A DNA stretch of 64,000 bases, from assembly GCA_015233195.1 (NCBI GenBank), contig JADFYE010000003.1:74489-138488 (forward strand), given 5' to 3'. The notes below the pieces were generated by a model that ran no database searches, was not told the DNA's origin, and saw only the letters and a list, made by a program, of their open reading frames with translations. The translations under genes were made by a program, and so were the position numbers. This stretch comes from Candidatus Omnitrophota bacterium. Its GTDB lineage: Bacteria; Omnitrophota; Gorgyraeia; Zapsychrales; Zapsychraceae. Positions 39,380 through 47,000 of the stretch are shown here, one piece after another. Each line of letters opens with the position of its first letter. Within the stretch, counting starts at the first letter, position 1.

Positions 39380-40183
39380 CTATGGTGCGTCTTTAAGTAC
39401 ATTTCCGCCACCCAAAGTGTAGTAATCCAGTACGTATTTTAATACGGCATCTTTAAATATATTAAAGTTATGTATAAATGAAGTTGGAACATGGATAAGA
39501 TCCCCTGGTTTTAAAACTATATTATCGGTGCGATCTCCGCGTTTTATCATTTTGTGAATATCTAAGCGCATGATAGTTGGTTTAGTGTTTTGACCGCGGA
39601 TAACAATAACACTGTTTAGATTTGCTCTTGATCGGTCGTAATGTCCGTCTAATAATGCTTCCATTAGTGTAAGACCAGGCTTTATTTTATACATTCCTGG
39701 AGCACCCACAGCTCCGATAAGCATGTATTTCCCTTCGGCATTTATATCTAATTCTAATTCCGGGTTACGAATATATTCTTGTAACATGCTGTTAAGCATT
39801 TCCCGGGCTTGTTTGCGGTTTAAATCAGTAATTTTGGTTGATCCTAAAAGCGGCATGAATATTTCTCCCTTTTCGGATACGCGGTAGATCGCTTTTTCTT
39901 TTTTGCTTCGATCGTTGTAAGATATTCGTAGTTCATCGCCAGGTACTATTTTATTAGTAGTGTCTTCATTTTCAGTTATTACCTTGAGTTGCCCAATTAC
40001 TGAATCTTTTTCTTGTCCATAATCAGTTTTATCGTCGATAGGCGGTGGTGATTGAGTTTCGTTTAATATTGCTCGTTGGTGTTCAAGAGTATAGAAATCA
40101 AATCCTCCCCCTTGCTGACCGTAAGAATTCGCGCAAAATAATAGTGAAAGTATGATAACAAAGTTTTGTAGTTTATTTTTCAT
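39380..40183 (-). CDS. Polysaccharide export protein (Wza-like; Poly_export + SLBB)
   Basis: 267 aa with a signal peptide. IVPGDELRISYND...GEIFMPLLGSTKITDLNRKQAREML and the later PGDLIHVP block are typical. Confidence 0.8.
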   Translation of the reverse strand: MKNKLQNFVIILSLLFCANSYGQQGGGFDFYTLEHQRAILNETQSPPPIDDKTDYGQEKDSVIGQLKVITENEDTTNKIVPGDELRISYNDRSKKEKAIYRVSEKGEIFMPLLGSTKITDLNRKQAREMLNSMLQEYIRNPELELDINAEGKYMLIGAVGAPGMYKIKPGLTLMEALLDGHYDRSRANLNSVIVIRGQNTKPTIMRLDIHKMIKRGDRTDNIVLKPGDLIHVPTSFIHNFNIFKDAVLKYVLDYYTLGGGNVLKDAP

Positions 40184-41168
40184 TCAAAAAAATACCTTTT
40201 AAATTTGCTAATTGAACCACTTGTTCTTTTTTGGTTTGGTTTAAAGCTTCAGTTACATAAATTAAGGTTTCTTCACGGAAACTTACTATTTTATGCATAG
40301 GATCAACTTTATTATTCGGTAATAGTAATATTCGTATAATGCAATGAGTTGGTGAAGGTGGATCATTCGCGATAACTAGCGCGGTTTGTCCGGTGTTTAA
40401 AAGTAAAAAACTTCCGATCGGATATATAGATGTATATTCAATAAATTTTTTTAATAAACGTTCATCAAACATCAGGTTCTTTTTATTTATGATCATTTTA
40501 ATGGCTTCATAAGGTGAAAAGCTCGCACGAAAGTTCCGGGCGTGGGTAAGTGACGCGAAAACATCACAGATTGAAACTATTTTTGCAAAGATGGATATTT
40601 CTAACGCGCTTTTTTTAAGAGGATAGCCTCTACCATCTACAGTTTCATGGATCTCCATAATCGCGTTCATTATTTTTTCACTAAACACGTTTTGGAATTT
40701 ATCTACAGATTTAAGCGGATGTTTTTGTACTAAGTTGCGTTCATCTTTGCTTAATTGGTTTGGCGCTTGAACTATATTTGAATATTCCATCATGCCAAAG
40801 TCGTGGCAGAAAGCTACTAATCCAAGATCAAGCAAATCCTCATCGGATAAGCGCAAATAATTGCCAAAAGCTATTGAAAATATTACGTTATTAGCGATAT
40901 GTATAGGGATGTAGTTGTCTTCAGTTATCGCGTAAGTGTAAAGTAAAAGGTCATTATATGCAGAATTTTTAAATTCATTAATTATGATTTTAAGCGAGTT
41001 TTTTATATTTTCTGGTTCGATGGTATTGAAAGTGGTTTTAACAGTATTCAACAAAGTTAAAAAGACTTGTTTAAGTCGGGGGTTTGCGTGTGGACAGGTT
41101 AATGCCTCTAGCTTAAAAGGAAGCTTGCTGGGATATTCATTTAACGGTTCACGATTGTCGGTTTGCAT
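40173..41168 (-). CDS. HD-GYP domain protein (predicted c-di-GMP phosphodiesterase; some ligand positions are divergent)
   Basis: 331 aa. The motifs are CHDFGM (HD), KHPLKS, IHETVDGRGYP (an HHExxDGxGYP-like motif), ICDVFASLTHAR and the C-terminal YPIGSFLLLNTGQTALV. Confidence 0.75.
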   Translation of the reverse strand: MQTDNREPLNEYPSKLPFKLEALTCPHANPRLKQVFLTLLNTVKTTFNTIEPENIKNSLKIIINEFKNSAYNDLLLYTYAITEDNYIPIHIANNVIFSIAFGNYLRLSDEDLLDLGLVAFCHDFGMMEYSNIVQAPNQLSKDERNLVQKHPLKSVDKFQNVFSEKIMNAIMEIHETVDGRGYPLKKSALEISIFAKIVSICDVFASLTHARNFRASFSPYEAIKMIINKKNLMFDERLLKKFIEYTSIYPIGSFLLLNTGQTALVIANDPPSPTHCIIRILLLPNNKVDPMHKIVSFREETLIYVTEALNQTKKEQVVQLANLKGIFLNEK

Positions 41169-41170
41169 AG

Positions 41171-41992
41171 TTATGTTCGGGACTCTTCAAGTTGAGAATC
41201 ACGGATAACTTTTTTCATTATCTCGTCATTAAGTGGTATTTTTACTTTTTGAATGAACCCTTCTAAAAGCGCCATATCACATATACCATTTATAACTCGC
41301 GGAATGCCTTTTGAATACTGATAAATGATTTTTTTAGCATTTTCGCTGAATAAGGATTTTTTTGAACCGGCTATTGCTAACCGATGTTCAATATAACTGT
41401 TAGTATCATTTTCATCCAATGGGTCTAAGTGATATTCAATCAATAGACGCTGTCTAAGCTGTGGAAGTTGTTTTAATCTCCTCCTGAGTTCAGTTTGACC
41501 TATCAGTATTAGCGAAAGCAGGAACCGGTCATTTTGTTGGTAATTTAATAATAAGCGCAATTCTTCAAAAGTGCCAAGATCTTCTATGGATTGAGCTTCA
41601 TCAATAACTATCAGAGTCTCTTTATTCATATTAAGATTTGATATTAATATATCATTAAAAATTCGTAAAAGCTCACCTTTTGTTTTATTTGGATGGAGCT
41701 CGTTGCTTAATTGGTATATTATTTCGCTTAATAATTCATTGGAATTTAATCGGGGATTTGTTATCAAAGCAATTTCATATTTTGATCCGGTTAATTCGTT
41801 TAAAAATACCCGACTTATAACTGTTTTTCCACATCCGTACAAGCCGGTTAGTAACATTGCTCCTTTATTATCTATTACAGTATAAAAAAGACGCAGTAAT
41901 GCTTCTTCATGTGCTTTAGAATAATACACATATCTAGGGTCGGGTGTAAGATCAAAAGGTTTTTCAGTAAGATGAAAATATTCAGTGTACAT
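41171..41992 (-). CDS. ExeA/GspA-like AAA ATPase (AAA_22-type)
   Basis: 273 aa. YFHLTEKPFDLTPDPRYVYYSKAHEEALLRL...LLTGLYGCGKT (Walker A) and LIVIDEAQ (Walker B) are present. Confidence 0.8.
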   Translation of the reverse strand: MYTEYFHLTEKPFDLTPDPRYVYYSKAHEEALLRLFYTVIDNKGAMLLTGLYGCGKTVISRVFLNELTGSKYEIALITNPRLNSNELLSEIIYQLSNELHPNKTKGELLRIFNDILISNLNMNKETLIVIDEAQSIEDLGTFEELRLLLNYQQNDRFLLSLILIGQTELRRRLKQLPQLRQRLLIEYHLDPLDENDTNSYIEHRLAIAGSKKSLFSENAKKIIYQYSKGIPRVINGICDMALLEGFIQKVKIPLNDEIMKKVIRDSQLEESRT

Positions 41993-41994
41993 GG

Positions 41995-42894
41995 TTATTT
42001 TTGTGCTCTTAGTTCCTGGATAATCTTTTTTAAGGTAGTAGATTTGATGCCTTTTACGTCAAGGGTTAGGTCAGGTTCTTTTTGTTTAATTTGTATAATA
42101 GGTTTTTCCTGAATTTCTGGCTCAATCGGTATAGTTGGTTTTATATTTGGAATTATTTGATTAGTTGGGGAATTATCATGTAGGGTTGTTTTAAAATAAA
42201 ATGTATCATCGTTAATATTAGAAGGTGTGAAAGGCGCAGTTTCCTCATTCCCGACTGAATGGTTTAATTTAACAATGCCTGATTCGATAGCGTCAGATAT
42301 AATTTTTTTGAATATCTTCAGTACATATTTAAAACACATGAACGAAAAAACAGTAGCTAGTCCGATTACAAAAATAATGAAAATCACATTTGATAATGAA
42401 AACAGGTTTTTAAGCATTACCTTGGAACGATCTAATTCTGACTCCACCGCTACGATCCAATCAAGTTTTTTAATATAGTCATAGCGAATAGCTTTTTGTT
42501 TTGAGAAAAAATCAAGTCCGTTATGCTCAGGGTAAAAAATTATACCTTGTTTGTTTTGTTGCATTTGGTATAGAATTTTCGAGCGGTAACTCTCCCATAA
42601 AACCTCATCATTGATATTTTTTAGCTTACGTTTAAAAATAAATTCTTCAGATTCGGGTTTTATTGCGAATACATTTAGTTGTTCTGGATATTGATCATGA
42701 TCAATATTTTCAGTTTGAGTGACTAACAGAATTACCTGTTCAGTTTCTTTGGAAAAATTATTGAGCCAATCAGTAAGGTTATCGCCGGCTCTTTGGATGA
42801 TTAACATCCCGGATATAAAAGCTATGGCACATCCCCAGATAAGTATTTGCGAAATAAATAAGGTATTTATTATGCTGCGCAAACTTTTTTTCAT
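41995..42894 (-). CDS. Two-TM membrane protein with an extracytoplasmic loop of about 150 aa (possibly sensor/Cache-like) and a Pro/Ile-rich cytoplasmic tail. Function unknown.
   Basis: The start was trimmed from TTG 42921 to ATG 42894 (MKKSLRSIINTLFISQILIWGCAIAFISGML). The second TM is NVIFIIFVIGLATVFSFMCF. I recognised no catalytic motif. Confidence 0.6.
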   Translation of the reverse strand: MKKSLRSIINTLFISQILIWGCAIAFISGMLIIQRAGDNLTDWLNNFSKETEQVILLVTQTENIDHDQYPEQLNVFAIKPESEEFIFKRKLKNINDEVLWESYRSKILYQMQQNKQGIIFYPEHNGLDFFSKQKAIRYDYIKKLDWIVAVESELDRSKVMLKNLFSLSNVIFIIFVIGLATVFSFMCFKYVLKIFKKIISDAIESGIVKLNHSVGNEETAPFTPSNINDDTFYFKTTLHDNSPTNQIIPNIKPTIPIEPEIQEKPIIQIKQKEPDLTLDVKGIKSTTLKKIIQELRAQK

Positions 42895-42898
42895 GATT

Positions 42899-44071
42899 TT
42901 AAGATCTTTTCCGTCCGACAAGCATTAATATTGTAATCATGATAAACGTTAGTACTGAATGGACTAAATTACTTGATACCGTAAAAATATTTTTGGAGCT
43001 ATCAAGTTCCAACGCGTTTAGTCCTAAAATTATGCATACCAGATAAATAAAGCCTACAGCATGACGTTCAGCAAAGTTCATGTTCATAAGCCGATGATGG
43101 AAATGGTCGCGACCGCGGTAATCTAGCCATTCACGGAACGAATGCACTTTGCCGTTAATTATCCGGCTGGCAGTTATGTATATCATATCAAAAATCAGCA
43201 CACCTAAAATTATTACTGGTATGCTTAAGGCAATAACTGGACCTTTATTTGACCATCCTCCAAAAATTGCTATAGCGGCTAAAATGAAACCTAATAAAGT
43301 ACTTCCTCCGTCGCCAAGATATATTTTAGCTGGATAAAAATTGTAACAAAGGAATCCTAAGGCTGTTCCCATGGTTATGGCGGATAAAAATGCGATTTCA
43401 GGTTGGTTTTGATGCAAGGCTATTAAAAAGAAAAATAATGCAGATATGGCAGTCATTCCAGTTGCTAGGCCATCCGCTCCGTCTGCAAAATTCATGGTGT
43501 TAATAATGCCAATTATCCAAATTAATGATAAACATATGCTTAGCAGGTGACCGATTAGCGTTGTACCTGGGAAAGATAAAAGTATGCCGGTAGACATTAT
43601 AATTACTGCTGCACCGATTTGACCGAATATTCTGAATACTGAGCTTAATGGACGTAAGTCATCGATTGTACCCATTATATAAATTATCGTACAGGCTACT
43701 ATAATGCTATAGAATTGGTGAGAAAAAGTAATTTTATGTCGGAGTTGGTATAATATTAATGTTGCAATCAGACCAATAATTATTGCGCTCCCTCCTAAAA
43801 GTGGAATATTCTTTTTTTCGGTAGGAGTACTTGGTTTGGTGTTACGGTCTCGGATATTTAATTTTTTTGCGATTAAAATTATAATTGGTGTTGAGAGAAT
43901 AACAATACAAAACGCGACTATCGCCCAAAGCAAGTTGTGCAAAAGATTAGCTTTTAAGTGCTGGTAATATGTATTTATATATTGACTGATACCTATCCCA
44001 CATAAAACCAAAACTATTAATCCGATAAATTTCGAAAATGTTTTAGAATATGTTTGTGATAGTTTGGTCAT
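42899..44071 (-). CDS. Polyprenyl-phosphate HexNAc-1-phosphate transferase (WecA/MraY family), the initiating transferase
   Basis: 390 aa and polytopic. The motifs are IMGTIDDL, NFADGADGLA and the NFYPAKIYLGDGGS pattern of the Glycos_transf_4 family. Confidence 0.85.
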   Translation of the reverse strand: MTKLSQTYSKTFSKFIGLIVLVLCGIGISQYINTYYQHLKANLLHNLLWAIVAFCIVILSTPIIILIAKKLNIRDRNTKPSTPTEKKNIPLLGGSAIIIGLIATLILYQLRHKITFSHQFYSIIVACTIIYIMGTIDDLRPLSSVFRIFGQIGAAVIIMSTGILLSFPGTTLIGHLLSICLSLIWIIGIINTMNFADGADGLATGMTAISALFFFLIALHQNQPEIAFLSAITMGTALGFLCYNFYPAKIYLGDGGSTLLGFILAAIAIFGGWSNKGPVIALSIPVIILGVLIFDMIYITASRIINGKVHSFREWLDYRGRDHFHHRLMNMNFAERHAVGFIYLVCIILGLNALELDSSKNIFTVSSNLVHSVLTFIMITILMLVGRKRS

Positions 44072-44081
44072 TGTTATCCTG

Positions 44082-47000
44082 CTATTTAATATTATTTAAA
44101 AGATCTATTGCGCTGTCTAACTCTTGTTTAATTTTTTCATCATGGTTATTATTTTGAGTAATTGGTTTTTCAATTACTTTGGTATCGACCTTTTGTTGAC
44201 GAACTTGGTCGAGCTGATCAGTCAGCGCATATAATGCTTTTTGTAATTGACCACGTTCTTTTTGGATCTGCATTATCTCGCTGTTTAGTAAAGTGTTTTT
44301 TTCTTCTATTTGTTTAAGCGCGGTTTGTTTTTCATCGATGATCGTATTATTGGCATTTATGGTATTTTCTAATTCTTTTATTTTTGTTTGTAATGGTTTC
44401 TTGGTTTCTTCAATACGAGTTTTATTAATTTGGTCTAGTTCGTTTATTTTATTTTGAAGATTTCGAATTTTTTCTTCCATGGTAGTCATGTTTTGAATTT
44501 GTGATTGCAGTTGTTGTATTGAATTTTCTTTTTCTTCAAGTTGGCTTTTTACGTTTTGAATTAATTTTGAATTTTTATCTGCTTCGTCTGTCTTGGTTGA
44601 TTTTAGTTGTTCAAGTTGGGCTTCTAAAGGTTTTTTAGCTTCAGTAATTTTATCCTGCCATTTTTTTTCTGAATCATTGAATTGTTGCATTAATTTTCCC
44701 AAAGCCTCTTGAATAGTACGTTTTTCATTCTTTAAATCATTTAATTGATTAATAAGACTGGCATTTTCAGATAAATTTTTTGATAATTGTTGTTCTTTAT
44801 TTTTAACTTCAGTTTGATTTGTGGTTATTTGTTTGGTGAAATCATTATTCATTGATGATATTTCATCTTTTAAAGCTTTAACTTGTTTTTCCAGATCAGA
44901 ACGTGCGGTTATGATTTCTTGTGCCTGTTGAGATTTAATATTTTTTAGTTTGGTTTCAAGCGTGTCATAGGCGGCTTTTAATTCATCAGCTTTCTTTTGG
45001 GCTAAATTCAACTCTGCATTGCGGATATCCCGTTCGCTTTGCATATCTTGCAATTCAAACTTTTTTTCATCCATTTGCTTTGTAAGCGTAACTATTTGTT
45101 TATCTTGATCAACAATTTTATTATTTGCTTCTTGACGGGCTTGATCTATTGCTTGAGTTTTATTGGTGTTTAGAATTGCGAGTTGAGTTTTTAGCTCATC
45201 TATATTTTTTTGTAGGGCAGAAGTCGAATTGTTTAATTGCTGATTTTGTTGCTTAAGATCTTCTAAAGTTGTTTGAAGCTGTTGTTTTTTAACTTTTATA
45301 TCTTCTAATTCTGTATTTTTTAACTGCGAGTTGTTTTGTTCGGAAGTTAGTGTTTTTTTCATTGTAACTAACTGTTGTTCAAGACCTAAACGATCTTGCT
45401 GCATAGTCTCAATTTGTTTGTTAAGCGTTTGTTCCGCAGCTAATTGAGTTTTGATATCATTATCTTTCGTGATTAATTGGTTATTTAAATCAGCAATTTT
45501 TTGATTTATCAATGATATCTCTTGTGTTTTTGCCAGATTATTTTGTTTTAGTTGTTCATCAAATTCAATTTTTTGTTGTAGGAGTTTGTCATCAAAGGTT
45601 TTTAACTTTGATAATAGCGGTTGTTTAGCTTCTTCTAATTTGGCTTGATAAGTGTTTTTAATTTTTGATGATTCGATATTTATGGTTTCAATTTGAGTTT
45701 GTAATTTAAGTTTTTCATTGTTAAGTTGTTCAACATTTTTGGTTGTTGTTTCAAGTTGGCGTTGTATTGATTTTAATTTTTCTTCTAATGATTGTGCGCG
45801 GGCAGACTCATTTTTTATTTTGTTATTCGAAACAGTATTCGTTTCTACTAATTCTTTCTGTAACTTATAAAGTTCAGTCTGAACTGTGGTCTTTGAGGAT
45901 TGTTCTTTTGATAATAAATTTTCTAAATTATTTTTTTGGTGAGATAAATCGTTTATGCTTTCTTGGGTTAATTTTAATTGTGTTTCAAAGCTGTTAATTT
46001 TTGCTTGCATTGATTTAGAGTCTGCGTCTGAGTTTTGTTTAGTTGTATTTAATTCTGTAAGTTTACTTTCGTATTCAGATTTAGTTTTATTTAGTAAGTC
46101 ATTTAATTTCGCGACTTCTGATTTGTTGTTCTCTTGTAATTGAGCAAGTTGCTTTTGTAGTTGGTCTTTAACTGATTGCTCATTGTTCAGAGCTGTCTCA
46201 GTATTGGTTTTTTGTTTTGATAGTTCATTCAGAGCTTGTTGGGTTGTTTTTAGTTCGTTCTCGTATTGTTTGATTTTTGTGTTAAGTACTTCTTTCTCTC
46301 CTAATAATGCTTTTGCATTTTCAGATTGAGACAAAGTGGATTGTTTTGCAGATTCAAGGTTTTTGTTTAATTCAGTCAGTTTATTCTCGTAGTCAGATTT
46401 AGTTTTATTTAGTAAATCAGTTAATTTAGCGACTTCTGATTTGTTGTTCTCTTGTAATGGGGCGAGTTGTTTTAGTAAAGGCGCTTTGGCGGTTTCGATT
46501 AATTCAGGAGTTTTCTTTTGCAGGTCTTCAATGTTCTTAGTTGAGGTTAGTTTGGTTGTTTCTAGCCTATCGTTTAATTCGTTTAGTTTATTTTCGTAGT
46601 CAGATTTAGTTTTATTTAGTAAATCAGTTAATTTAGCGACTTCTGATTTGTTGTTCTCTTGTAATTGGGTGATTTGTTTAAGTAAAGGCGCTTTGGCTGT
46701 ATCGACCTGTGCTGGGATTTGTTTTTGTAGATCTTCGATTTGCTTTTGAACCTGAACCAGTTGTTTTTGTAATTGTTCTTTAGTTAATATTTCGTTGTTT
46801 AAAGCAGTTTCAGTTGAGTTTTTTTGCTTTGATAGTTCACTAATAGTTTGTTGAGTGGATTTTAGTTCTGTTTCGTATTGTTTAATTTTTATGTTTAGAG
46901 TTTCTTTTTCATTCGCTAATGATTTACTATTTTGAGCTTGCAGCTCAGCTAGTTTGTTTTCGTAGTCAGATTTAGTTTTATCGAACTTTTGTTGGTATTC

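Noticed and set aside
40173-42894. The membrane protein + AAA ATPase + HD-domain protein trio considered as a candidate anti-phage defence system
   Set aside because: The HD protein carries the GYP-type motif (DGRGYP) and the C-terminal pattern of c-di-GMP HD-GYP domains rather than a nuclease HD. The ATPase has the ExeA/GspA N-terminal signature. The genes are translationally coupled into wza/wzc. A regulatory or assembly role in EPS export is more parsimonious.
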